Below, piece by piece: positions 15,053-24,087 of a stretch of DNA of 64,000 nt. The DNA is from an uncultured Bacteroidales bacterium (lineage in GTDB: Bacteria > Bacteroidota > Bacteroidia > Bacteroidales > UBA7960): contig CAYZCW010000010.1 in assembly GCA_964477035.1 (NCBI GenBank), forward strand, positions 31,215 through 95,214. The letters run 5' to 3'. Below the pieces are notes generated by a model. The model was not told the origin of the DNA and did no database searches. It worked only from the letters and a program-made list of their open reading frames with translations. Within the stretch, counting starts at the first letter, position 1. Every line of letters begins with the position of its first letter. A program made the position numbers and the translations under genes.

Positions 15053-15304
15053 TCACCCTGTCATCAGGCCGGAAATATCGAGTTGCTTGCCGTACACCTC
15101 CAACACCTCATCCAGGCTGAGGCTCTCCACCTTGTGGATCTTGTTGGCTGCAGGGACATAATAGACCTCTGCGTAAAACCCGTCTATGGCGTACAATTTA
15201 ATATGACAATGAAGAAACACCCTGGATGTCAACTCCTTTCCGGATTCGAACACCTTAAATACCTTCTGGCTCAGGGGAGCCCCGTCAAATGCTTCGCGGT
15301 TCAT
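15053..15304 (-). CDS. Small hypothetical protein
   Basis: 83 aa with ATG start and globular-looking composition (KLYAIDGFYAEVYY); fills the gap between rpsU and pssA. Confidence 0.7.
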   Translation of the reverse strand: MNREAFDGAPLSQKVFKVFESGKELTSRVFLHCHIKLYAIDGFYAEVYYVPAANKIHKVESLSLDEVLEVYGKQLDISGLMTG

Positions 15305-15381
15305 GTCGGATAGTTTCCTGATATGTGTTAATTTTACCTCCCGGCACAGGTCCTAACCCATAAACCCATACCACCCGGATT

Positions 15382-16161
15382 ATGTTCAGCAGAAACGCCC
15401 TACCGAACGCCATCACCCTCCTCAACCTGTTCACGGGGTCCGTGGCCGTGGCCGTGGCCCTGGACGGGGCACTTCATGCGGCCGCCCTGCTTATGCTGGC
15501 CTGCGCCCTTCTGGATTTCCTGGACGGCTTTGCGGCCCGTGCATTGAACGCCTACTCTCCCCTGGGCGGGCAGCTCGATTCGTTGGCAGACCTGGTCAGT
15601 TTCGGGCTGTTGCCCGGAGCCATCGTCCTGGCCTACCTGAAACAGTCCGTGCCCTTCATCACGGAGTCAGAAACGGTCCTGTTCCTGTTGCCCTTTCTGG
15701 GTTTCTCCCTGACCGTCTTTTCCGCCCTCCGCCTGGCGCGGTTCAACCTGGACGAAACACAGCGGGACGCATTCATCGGACTGCCCACCCCGGCCAACGG
15801 CCTGTTTTTTGCCTCCTGGCCCCTTGTCCTGGCATACGGTCCTGAAGGGGGTATGGTCACCCGGTTTGCATCCGGCCTGACCGGCAGTGCCTGGGCCATG
15901 CTGGTTCTTACCGGCCTGTTCTCCTGGCTTCTGGTCTCCCCCCTGTCGATGTTCTCACTCAAGTTCAAGACCTTTGGCTGGAAGGGGAACCGCCTGAGGA
16001 TCTCGTTTCTGGCGGGATCACTGGTCCTTTTAATGGTTTTCGGATGGCAGGCAGCCCCCCTCATCATGCTTTTTTACTTAATTTTGTCCCTTCTGTTTCA
16101 TTGGTCCCACATCCGGCCGGGAGAAAGCCAGCCGGCCGGGTCCAAAAATACGCAAACATGA
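15382..16161 (+). CDS. pssA: CDP-alcohol phosphatidyltransferase (phosphatidylserine synthase)
   Basis: DFLDGFAAR...GGQLDSLADLVSFG signature; FIGLPTP motif. Confidence 0.88.
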   Translation: MFSRNALPNAITLLNLFTGSVAVAVALDGALHAAALLMLACALLDFLDGFAARALNAYSPLGGQLDSLADLVSFGLLPGAIVLAYLKQSVPFITESETVLFLLPFLGFSLTVFSALRLARFNLDETQRDAFIGLPTPANGLFFASWPLVLAYGPEGGMVTRFASGLTGSAWAMLVLTGLFSWLLVSPLSMFSLKFKTFGWKGNRLRISFLAGSLVLLMVFGWQAAPLIMLFYLILSLLFHWSHIRPGESQPAGSKNTQT

Positions 16162-16409
16162 TGTTCCGCGCAGAGATTAACGTAATGCCCCTGAAGGCGC
16201 TTCTGGATCCGCAGGGCAAGGCCATTTCAGCCAGCATGAAGAACCTGGAGCTGCCAGAGATCACCCAGGTCAGGGTAGGCAAACACATCAGCCTGCTGGT
16301 GGAGGCAGACAACCAGGATCTTGCCCGGGAAAAGGTGGAGACGGCCTGCAAAAAGCTGCTGGCAAACCCGATCATGGAGTATTACGAGTTCGAGCTGTTC
16401 GACGAATAA
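16158..16409 (+). CDS. purS: Phosphoribosylformylglycinamidine synthase subunit PurS
   Basis: LDPQG and LLANPIME motifs; start moved to ATG 16158, overlapping the pssA stop. Confidence 0.93.
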   Translation: MMFRAEINVMPLKALLDPQGKAISASMKNLELPEITQVRVGKHISLLVEADNQDLAREKVETACKKLLANPIMEYYEFELFDE

Positions 16410-16416
16410 GGGCTTC

Positions 16417-16779
16417 ATGGGCGGTGCACACCAGACGGGGGCCGACGGGGAAGCCATCGCCAGCGCCTGGCTGAGCGAACAGGGGTATCTCATCCTGGAA
16501 AACAACTGGAGGTCCGGGCACAGGGAAGTGGACATCATCGCCCTCAAAGGCCCCCTCCTGGTCATTGTGGAAGTCAAAACCCGCAGCAGTTCCCGCCACG
16601 GAGAGCCTTCCCTGTTTGTCCATTCCGCAAAGCAAAAACACCTGATCAGGGCCGCCAGTCATTACCTGGCGAAAAACAGGATAACCCTGGAAGTCCGTTT
16701 TGACATCATCTCCCTGGTCATGAAAGACGGGAAGGTGCAGCTGCAGCACTTGGAAAATGCTTTTCGGGCAACCCCATAA
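16417..16779 (+). CDS. YraN family (UPF0102) nuclease-like protein
   Basis: GEAIA...NWR...EVDIIA...VEVKTR...RFDII pattern; start moved to ATG 16417. Confidence 0.9.
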   Translation: MGGAHQTGADGEAIASAWLSEQGYLILENNWRSGHREVDIIALKGPLLVIVEVKTRSSSRHGEPSLFVHSAKQKHLIRAASHYLAKNRITLEVRFDIISLVMKDGKVQLQHLENAFRATP

Positions 16780-16891
16780 AAGAATATTTTCTTTATTGGG
16801 AAACTTTTCAGAACCTTCTTTGTTTAGCTGTTGATATCCTCGCCGGCCATCCAGACCGGTGTTGTTTTACACATTTTAAAAATCCAGAAAT

Positions 16892-17584
16892 ATGGAAGAC
16901 AAATCCACAGTACAGGAAACAGTTAACAGAATGCCGCTGATCGGTGACCCTGCACCTTCTTTCAAGGCGGTAACCACCATGGGACCCATGAATTTTCCCG
17001 AGGATTACAAAGGGAAATGGGTGATCCTTTTCAGCCACCCGGCCGACTTCACCCCGGTATGCACCACGGAGTTCATGACTTTTGCCAGCATGCAGGAAGA
17101 GTTCCGGGCCCTGAACACCGAACTGATCGGCCTGTCGATCGACAGCATCTATGCCCACATTGCCTGGCTGCGCACCATCAAGGAAAAGATCGAGTACAAG
17201 GGCATGAAGAATGTGGAGGTCCTGTTCCCGGTCATTGAGGATCTGAAAATGGACGTGGCAAAAAGCTTCGGCATGCTGCAGCCCAATGCTTCCACCACCC
17301 AGGCGGTACGCGCCGTATTCATCATGGACCCCAAAGCCATTGTCCGCGCCATTCTTTACTACCCCCTGAGCATGGGCCGCAACATGGACGAGATCAAGCG
17401 CATGATCATCGCCATGCAGAAAGCCGACAAGGAAAAGATCGCGACCCCGGCCAATTGGCAGCCGGGCGATGACGTTATCATCCCGCCCCCCGGCTCCTGC
17501 GGGACCGCCAAGGATCGCATGGAAAACCAGGGTGACGACACCTATTGCCTGGATTGGTTTATGTGCTTCCGCAAGGAGAAATAA
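16892..17584 (+). CDS. Peroxiredoxin (Prx6 type with C-terminal cysteines)
   Basis: FSHPADFTPVCTTE motif; ATPANW; CLDWFMC tail. Confidence 0.95.
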   Translation: MEDKSTVQETVNRMPLIGDPAPSFKAVTTMGPMNFPEDYKGKWVILFSHPADFTPVCTTEFMTFASMQEEFRALNTELIGLSIDSIYAHIAWLRTIKEKIEYKGMKNVEVLFPVIEDLKMDVAKSFGMLQPNASTTQAVRAVFIMDPKAIVRAILYYPLSMGRNMDEIKRMIIAMQKADKEKIATPANWQPGDDVIIPPPGSCGTAKDRMENQGDDTYCLDWFMCFRKEK

Positions 17585-17605
17585 CCCATCCCCGCATCCC
17601 GGACA

Positions 17606-17666
17606 GATCCGCCCCGTACTGAATAACAGCCATCTTGCGGCTGGTTTGGGACGGGGCGGATCCTTT
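17606..17666 (+). terminator. Extended hairpin after the peroxiredoxin gene
   Basis: GATCCGCCCCGT...ACGGGGCGGATC with inner CAGCC/GGCTG stem and a short T-run. Confidence 0.45.
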
Positions 17667-17867
17667 GTGGCCTCCGGGCCATGACACGGATTCCCCATTT
17701 AAATTTGCCGGACAGATTGAAATAATGTTTTTTTTTATATATTTGAATGCCTTTTGGACCAAATAATTTAAGTTTAACCACAAACTCGGCCGGCAAGCCC
17801 CTGATCCGCTACCAAACAGAGTGACAGGCTGCTTTGCCAAAGAGAGCAACCAAAAATCAGTTACCCA

Positions 17868-18287
17868 ATGAAAAAACTCGTTACGCTTGTCGTTTTTGCC
17901 TTTTTAGGAATGGCCGCCGTACATGCCGAGGCAGGCATGTACCGTCTCGATGAGGCCGCCGTGGACCAGATGTTCGCCCAGGCCGAACAGGCCGACTTCC
18001 TGGCCATGAACACCATGGCCCCCCTTGCCGGGGCCGCTTCCACAGCCACCCATTTCCTGCAGGCAGAAAAGAATCCGGCCGTGGCCTTCATCCTGGCCTG
18101 GTTCGTGGGCTACCTGGGCATTCACAGGGCCTACCTGGGCACCTCCACGGGAACGATCATCGCCTACATCCTGACCCTGGGTGGCTGCGGGATCGTGGCC
18201 TTTGTCGACTGGGTGGTCCTGCTTATCGGCCTGGTCAATGACGACATATCGAAATACGTGGACAACCCCAGTTTCTTTATGTGGTAG
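17868..18287 (+). CDS. TM2-domain protein with signal peptide
   Basis: Signal peptide MKKLVTLVVFAFLGMAAVHA; TM2 motif KNPAVAFILAWFVGYLGIHRAYLG...LTLGGCGIVAFVD. Confidence 0.88.
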   Translation: MKKLVTLVVFAFLGMAAVHAEAGMYRLDEAAVDQMFAQAEQADFLAMNTMAPLAGAASTATHFLQAEKNPAVAFILAWFVGYLGIHRAYLGTSTGTIIAYILTLGGCGIVAFVDWVVLLIGLVNDDISKYVDNPSFFMW

Positions 18288-18303
18288 GGAGATCCCAGGC
18301 CTG

Positions 18304-19281
18304 TTACTGACCGAACAATTGTAAGAAATGGCCCCGTTGCTCCGGGCCGATGGTGGGATGCGTGGCCGCAAGGCGCTGCAGCTCCTCCCGTTTGGCCCTG
18401 GCATCCGGGCCATTTCCCATTGCCTCCAACACCCGCAGGTGGTAGTACTGGTAGACCAGGTTCCCGGGGTAATGACCGGTAAGCCAGCGGGCATAGGGTT
18501 CTGCCAGGCCCGGATTGTCTTCCTGGTCGAGGTGGATCCGCATTAAAAAATAGGCAGCCTCTGTCTGCCAGATGACATGCCCGCTGCGGAATGCCTTTTC
18601 CAGCTGCCTGAGACCCTTTTCCTTGTCCCCCCTGGGATACAGCAGGGCATACAGCCTTAGGAAGGGATACTTCCGGTCTGCCTGGCCCATCAGGTAATGG
18701 TACATGCCTGAAGTAAGGTAGAAGCCCTCAAAATGTTCCTCCCGCCCGGCCGAGGCCTCGATCTGCACGGCACAGTGCCTGAGGTTTTGCAGGGCCCGGA
18801 TCCAGGCCCCCCTCAACAGATCGATCCTTGCCTGCATGGCATGCAGGCTGATAAAGAAGAACAAATCCACGTCCCGGGGACCTGACTGCAGGGCCTCCCG
18901 GGAGAGGCGGATGGCCAGTTCCGCCGTCTCACGGTAACGGGGGTCCCTGTCGCTGCCGTCTTCCCGGGTTACCATATCCCACCAGAAATAATTCACCCGT
19001 GCCAGGTGGGCAAGGTAACTTCCCGGGTACCCCTGTTGCAGGTCCCTGCTTAACCGCTCGGCCGCCGGAAAATCAAAATGGTACAGGGCCAGAAACGCCG
19101 CCTCCACCTTGCCGGTCGGGGGCGCCTCACCGGCCTCTTCGGGAGCCTGGCCGGCACCCCGTCCGGGGATGAAAACCAGCAGGCAGCAAAGCAGCAGGGC
19201 CAGGCAGGCAGGCCCCGGTCCGGACGGGGTCTCCCCCTGCCCGGATCTTGGTGAAGCGCTGCGGGAATCCATCCTAATCAT
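18304..19281 (-). CDS. Exported alpha-helical repeat (TPR-like) protein
   Basis: Start chosen at ATG 19281, overlapping the upstream stop; hydrophobic signal segment; helical repeats such as GDKEKGLRQLEKA. Confidence 0.75.
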   Translation of the reverse strand: MIRMDSRSASPRSGQGETPSGPGPACLALLLCCLLVFIPGRGAGQAPEEAGEAPPTGKVEAAFLALYHFDFPAAERLSRDLQQGYPGSYLAHLARVNYFWWDMVTREDGSDRDPRYRETAELAIRLSREALQSGPRDVDLFFFISLHAMQARIDLLRGAWIRALQNLRHCAVQIEASAGREEHFEGFYLTSGMYHYLMGQADRKYPFLRLYALLYPRGDKEKGLRQLEKAFRSGHVIWQTEAAYFLMRIHLDQEDNPGLAEPYARWLTGHYPGNLVYQYYHLRVLEAMGNGPDARAKREELQRLAATHPTIGPEQRGHFLQLFGQ

Positions 19282-20164
19282 GAGCCGGGGCTTGTTTCTC
19301 CAGGGCGAACAGTCTGGCAGCCAGGTCCCGCTTGAATGCCTCCATGCGTGCCTCGCTCCCGCCTGCAGCCAGATCCCCGGCCTGGCGTATCCCGCCGAAA
19401 TAGAACGACTGAAACAGGGCCAGTCCCACGCTGACGCCTGCCACATAAAAGCCGTTGCAGGCAAACCAGGCAAAAGAGGCCAGGGCACCCAGCTGGGCCC
19501 CGGCATTCAGGAGTCCCCTGCCGGGATAGCCAGCCCAGACATGCCCGGTTCCCGGCAGGAAGGTGGACAGGCGGCGGGCCCGCCGGGGGTCCTTACGCAC
19601 GGGCACGGCCCCCTCACGGATCGTATCACGCAAAGCGTCAGCCAGCAGGCCGGCCTCCCCGTCCCCGGCGGCAGCCCGTTGCTCCAAATGCCCGGCCAGG
19701 GCCTCCCATTGTTCCAACTGCAGCAGGGTCAGGGCTTCCAGAAGCAGGATGCAGTCCGACCAGGGATTGTCCCCGTAAAAATGGATGATCTGCTGGAGCC
19801 ACGACCGGGCCGTCTGGTAGTCCCCGGACAGGTAGGCACAAAGGGCCAGCTCGTTCAGCAGGGCGAAGCGCAGGGAGTCGGACGGTGCCTGAGGAAGGGA
19901 CCGCTGAAGGTCCACATGGGCCTTGTCAAACAGTCCCATCTGCTTCAGGGCCGAAGCCTTTCCGAGGTTGGCCAGGATGCGGTCACCCGGCCCCTCAGAG
20001 AGGTAATAGGCACGCTCATATTCTATGGAGGCATGAAAATAGATACCCCCGGCGAACAGGCTGTCGGCCTGCCGCAGGGCCCGTGCAGCCTCCTGCCCCT
20101 GGCTAGTTGAAAGCGTTGCGCAGAGGAATATGCAGGTCGAACAAAATGCGCTGGTCCATTTCAT
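19274..20164 (-). CDS. TPR protein with C-terminal TM2/DUF5683-like membrane hairpin
   Basis: Start chosen at ATG 20164 (MKWTSAFCSTCIFLCATLS); ADSLFAGGIYFHASIEYERAYY TPR; DPRRARRLSTFLPGTGHVWAG followed by two hydrophobic helices. Confidence 0.75.
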   Translation of the reverse strand: MKWTSAFCSTCIFLCATLSTSQGQEAARALRQADSLFAGGIYFHASIEYERAYYLSEGPGDRILANLGKASALKQMGLFDKAHVDLQRSLPQAPSDSLRFALLNELALCAYLSGDYQTARSWLQQIIHFYGDNPWSDCILLLEALTLLQLEQWEALAGHLEQRAAAGDGEAGLLADALRDTIREGAVPVRKDPRRARRLSTFLPGTGHVWAGYPGRGLLNAGAQLGALASFAWFACNGFYVAGVSVGLALFQSFYFGGIRQAGDLAAGGSEARMEAFKRDLAARLFALEKQAPAHD

Positions 20165-20966
20165 GGTTGAACTCCTTGTTTTGTCTTCTAACGGCCGTGG
20201 CGCTCCCGGCAATATTGCCCAGATAGAAAATGCCGGTGACTGAAGCCGACAGGATGAAAAGGGCGCTGCGCGGTCCGGCACCCCTGTAAAAGTCCCACGT
20301 CGTCGCCCCCATGACGGCCAGGTAAAGGAAGCCGGCGACCCCTTCAGCCGGTTTTCCCGCGTACACCTTGCCCAGGCCGGGAACGGCCGCCGACAGCAAG
20401 CCGGCAAGCAGGGGCGACCGTCCTCTTTCGGACAGCAGCCTCCCATGGTATTCCTTCAGCCGCAGGGCCTGCTCCTGCATGAGGTGTCCGGTCCCTTCCA
20501 GCGCCTGGGCCTGCCGGGCAAACAGGTCAAAATCCCTGTCCAGCAGCGCCATGCCCGCCAGCTGGAAGCCACGCAGCCTGTCCGGCTGGCTTCCGGATTC
20601 GAAGGGCTGGCTTCCGAGGATGGCCATGGCCTGCCGCGGCCTGCCCAGGTGGGCCAGGTTATAGGCCCCGAAAAAAACCGACCGGGTGTGCAAAGGGCTT
20701 TCGGACGACACGGCAAGCAGGTGCCTGGCAGACGGCTCCAGCTCCTTCTGCAGGTAGAGGACCCATCCTTTGAGGAAGGATACAGAGTCTTCCCTGGCCT
20801 TCGGCTGGGGGGGCAGGCGTTCCAGAAGGAAAAGGCTTTCGGACAATTCTCCCCGGGCCATCAGGTATTCAATGAAGGCCAGCTCCTCCGGCGGACCGCT
20901 GCCGGCGGACGCCCCCGGGGGACACAAAAGGAGGCAGCATAAAAAAGTCAGGGCGGCACGGCTCAT
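20103..20966 (-). CDS. TPR-like protein with C-terminal TM2/DUF5683-like membrane hairpin
   Basis: Signal peptide; helical N-domain; SPLLAGLLSAAVPGLGKVYAG followed by two hydrophobic helices. Confidence 0.8.
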   Translation of the reverse strand: MSRAALTFLCCLLLCPPGASAGSGPPEELAFIEYLMARGELSESLFLLERLPPQPKAREDSVSFLKGWVLYLQKELEPSARHLLAVSSESPLHTRSVFFGAYNLAHLGRPRQAMAILGSQPFESGSQPDRLRGFQLAGMALLDRDFDLFARQAQALEGTGHLMQEQALRLKEYHGRLLSERGRSPLLAGLLSAAVPGLGKVYAGKPAEGVAGFLYLAVMGATTWDFYRGAGPRSALFILSASVTGIFYLGNIAGSATAVRRQNKEFNHEMDQRILFDLHIPLRNAFN

Positions 20967-21466
20967 TCCTGCTTCTTTTTCTTGTACACGCCCACCCCCT
21001 CCATCACCTTTCCGCTGGCCTCACCCAGGCTCAGTGGATGAACATCCAGGATGGCGATGCGGTTGCAGCGGGTCAGCCGGTCGGCCGTGAAGACGGTCCC
21101 CCTTGCCAGGCCGTACTCTTCGATGAGGGCTTTGCTGAAGGAAGAACAGGAATGTTCGTAGATGCAGTCCGAGGGCCACTGCGGGGAAATGAAACGCTGG
21201 TAGGTGAACAACATGCCTGACAGGGCGAGCGACAGGGGGTTGTATTTGATCAGCCAGTGACGGCCTGCCCCGAGCAGTTCGAACGACCCCTGGGCGTGGC
21301 TGCAGGCCGGGCAGGACGCATCCGACAGCAATTCCCAATCCGTTTTGGGCTGTACCCGCCCGGGGGGATCGCTCCCCAGGGCAGGGACGCCCCAGGCCAG
21401 CAACAGGAGGGCCAGCAAGACCAACTTCCCCGCTTGCCGGGGCTTACCGCAGAATCCGTGCATCAT
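20963..21466 (-). CDS. YidD-family protein with N-terminal signal-peptide-like extension
   Basis: YQRFISP...CIYEHSCSSFSKALIEEYG...G...DRLTRCN, the three-Cys YidD pattern; start chosen at ATG 21466. Confidence 0.85.
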   Translation of the reverse strand: MMHGFCGKPRQAGKLVLLALLLLAWGVPALGSDPPGRVQPKTDWELLSDASCPACSHAQGSFELLGAGRHWLIKYNPLSLALSGMLFTYQRFISPQWPSDCIYEHSCSSFSKALIEEYGLARGTVFTADRLTRCNRIAILDVHPLSLGEASGKVMEGVGVYKKKKQE

Positions 21467-22196
21467 CGGGTATGGTGAATTGAAACCAGGGGCTGACGGC
21501 CTGCTGGTTGATGCGTACATCCGAAAAAATCAGGCGGTTCACGATGGAATCCCCGCCCGGCAGGTAATTGAACTCGGTGATGGTCAGGGGCAGGACAAGT
21601 TCCGGAAATTCCCGGTAGTTGGTATAATAGACCTTCTTCACCAAGTGCCTGCCCGCATCGTAATAGCCCGCATAGATGGGCAGGTGGTTCTCGTGCACCA
21701 GCTCGATCCGGTTGAACAGGTGGTACATCTCTGCCGGGGGGAACCAGGAGGTCCTCACCAGGCCGTCGATGAAGGAGGTCTCCATCAGGGAAAAGCCCAT
21801 CTGGCGCAGGCCCAGATCCTGCAACTGCCCGTTCAGGAAAAAATATATCAGGTTGTTTTCCGTGCTGTACTGCATGCCCTGTTCCCGGTAGACCGTGTTC
21901 TCCTCTTCATCGTAAACGGACAGTTCTCCCTTGTTGTTGGTCACCATGACCTGCCGGACGGGCGAGAGGTAGTGTGTCAGCAGCCGGCCGTCCCGGGCCG
22001 AGTAGTACATACCGGCCACGACATCCACCCTCTTTCCGCGCTGCAGGTTCTGGCTTTCCATGTGCAGCATGATGCGGTCCACGGCCAGGTGCCGAAAGCC
22101 CGACGTCATTAAAAACATGCCGGCAGCCAGGAAGATGGCTGTAAGCTTCGGCAGGCGGTGCCGCATCCGAGTAGGGAAACGTTTCAGAAATGCCAT
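21444..22196 (-). CDS. Exported beta-rich protein, LolA-like fold inferred
   Basis: Signal peptide; alternating beta-strand pattern; C-terminal FQFTIPDDARI resembles the LolA-type tail. Confidence 0.65.
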   Translation of the reverse strand: MAFLKRFPTRMRHRLPKLTAIFLAAGMFLMTSGFRHLAVDRIMLHMESQNLQRGKRVDVVAGMYYSARDGRLLTHYLSPVRQVMVTNNKGELSVYDEEENTVYREQGMQYSTENNLIYFFLNGQLQDLGLRQMGFSLMETSFIDGLVRTSWFPPAEMYHLFNRIELVHENHLPIYAGYYDAGRHLVKKVYYTNYREFPELVLPLTITEFNYLPGGDSIVNRLIFSDVRINQQAVSPWFQFTIPDDARILR

Positions 22197-22217
22197 GGGG
22201 ATGCTGGTTCTTTGGTG

Positions 22218-22225
22218 CAAATATA
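22218..22225 (-). promoter_or_regulatory. -7 promoter element heading the five-gene LolA-like/YidD/TPR operon
   Basis: TATATTTG on the minus strand about 20 nt upstream of ATG 22196. Confidence 0.65.
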
Positions 22226-22378
22226 CAACATATCAGATGTTGCTGCCGCATTCTTCGTTGCCACATGGACGGGTGCCGCCTTCCCGGCCGGCGATTCCCC
22301 CGGTCGACGGCTCACGCCGGCAAAAACCGCAGCGAACCGTCCCATCGTCCGGGGAGGCGCCCGCCCCCCGATCCGGCC

Positions 22379-23905
22379 TTATTTGCGCAGGGCGATCCGG
22401 AAGGTGGTCCCGCGGTTCAGGGCGGACTCCTTCACAAACAGCCGGCCATTGTGATAGCTTTCGATGATCCTCCTGCTGAGCGACAAGCCCAGCCCCCACC
22501 CCCTTTTTTTGCTGGTGTACCCGGTCTTGAACACCGTGTTGAATTTGGAAGAGGGGATGCCCTTCCCGGTGTCGCTCACGTCGATCACCACCATGCGGGG
22601 CTGTTCCCTGATCTGCAGGGCAATGTCCCCATAGCCATCCATGGCATCGACGGCATTCTTGATCAGGTTCTCGATCACCCATCCGAACAAATTCGCGTTC
22701 AGGGGAACCATCACTTCCGGGCGGCTGCTGGTCACCACGAAGCCCACCTTTCTGGAGGTCCTGGATTTCATGTAGGTCACGGTCTCTTCCACCACGGAAA
22801 CAATGTCCGTGGGAGAAAGGCTGGGGGCCGACCCGATCTTGGAGAAGCGTTCCGTGATATTCTCCAGCCGGTGAATGTCCTTCAGGATCTCGCCAATGGT
22901 CTCTTGGTCAACGCCTTTCATCTTCAGCAACTCCACCCACCCCATGAGGGAAGAAAGCGGGGTGCCCAGCTGGTGGGCCGTCTCCTTGGACATGCCCACC
23001 CAGACCAGGTTCTGCTCCGCATTCCTGGCCAGGCTGAATAAGAAATAGGATACCAGCAGGAAAATGCCGATCACCAGAAGTTGTGCGATGGGGTAGTAGC
23101 GCAGCTGGGTGACCAGGAAGGAGTTGGTGTAATAGACGTAAGCCTTGCCATAAGTGGGCAGGTAGATTTCGATGGGCGGGTTTTTCTCCGCCATGGACCG
23201 GATCAGGGACGCCACCTCTTCCGGATCGTCCTGGTTCACCTCCCCGATGTTGCCGTAGTCCAGCAATTGCCTGCCGGTGCTGTCGGCCACGATGACCGGC
23301 AGGTTTGCCGAACCCACCACAATGTCCGAAATAAAGGAGTTCACCAGATCCTCCAGCACCTCCCGCAGCTCGGTAAAAAGCCGGGAGTCCCGGTAGTAAA
23401 TATACTGCACGTTTCGCCCCACGGCAAACTCGATGGGGGGATAATCCGAGAAGTACGCCAGCAGGTCCCCCTCCAGGCGGGAAGCCCCGGCGAACCGGTC
23501 ATCCAGGTTCATGCTGGAATAGACGGTGCCGTCCTCGTCGACCAGGATGACCGGGATGGTGGTGTTGGAGCGGAGCACCTCGATGATGAAATTCAGCTCG
23601 TCGGAACTCTCGGCCACGTTCAGGCGGCGCTGGACCTTGGCCTGGAGCTCCACCCGCTTGCGCTCCTCCTGGCTGATGGCATCAAAGAATTCCTCGGTAT
23701 ACTGCACCAGGCTGGCCCGCCGCTGCACCGCATCGGCCCACAGCTCCACCTTGCGCCTTTCATCCTCGGTGATCTTGCGGACAATCACATCGGCATAATA
23801 CAGGGACACCCCCACGATCAGGGCCGCGAACAACAGCAGCAGCAGCTTCCAGCGCTGTTTGCGGGAGGACATGTCGAAACCGGTGATTTCCCTCAGCAGG
23901 TTCAA
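22379..23905 (-). CDS. Membrane sensor histidine kinase (no adjacent regulator)
   Basis: Two TM helices; H-box ETAHQLGTPLSSL; N-box ENLIKNAVDA; DTGKGI and GWGLGL motifs; alternative start ATG 23872. Confidence 0.93.
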   Translation of the reverse strand: MNLLREITGFDMSSRKQRWKLLLLLFAALIVGVSLYYADVIVRKITEDERRKVELWADAVQRRASLVQYTEEFFDAISQEERKRVELQAKVQRRLNVAESSDELNFIIEVLRSNTTIPVILVDEDGTVYSSMNLDDRFAGASRLEGDLLAYFSDYPPIEFAVGRNVQYIYYRDSRLFTELREVLEDLVNSFISDIVVGSANLPVIVADSTGRQLLDYGNIGEVNQDDPEEVASLIRSMAEKNPPIEIYLPTYGKAYVYYTNSFLVTQLRYYPIAQLLVIGIFLLVSYFLFSLARNAEQNLVWVGMSKETAHQLGTPLSSLMGWVELLKMKGVDQETIGEILKDIHRLENITERFSKIGSAPSLSPTDIVSVVEETVTYMKSRTSRKVGFVVTSSRPEVMVPLNANLFGWVIENLIKNAVDAMDGYGDIALQIREQPRMVVIDVSDTGKGIPSSKFNTVFKTGYTSKKRGWGLGLSLSRRIIESYHNGRLFVKESALNRGTTFRIALRK

Positions 23906-24087
23906 TACTTAAAGGTTTTTCGTCGGACAGCCAGGCCAAAATTAAAACTTTTCCTCCACAAGCGGCGCCCGTTTCCCGAAATAGGAAAAAATGGTCAAAA
24001 AAGGAAGGGGCTTGCCCATAATGCGGGCATAAGTGTTATTTTTGTACGCTTGCAGGTATAACGAAATTCCCACAGAAAGATTACACC

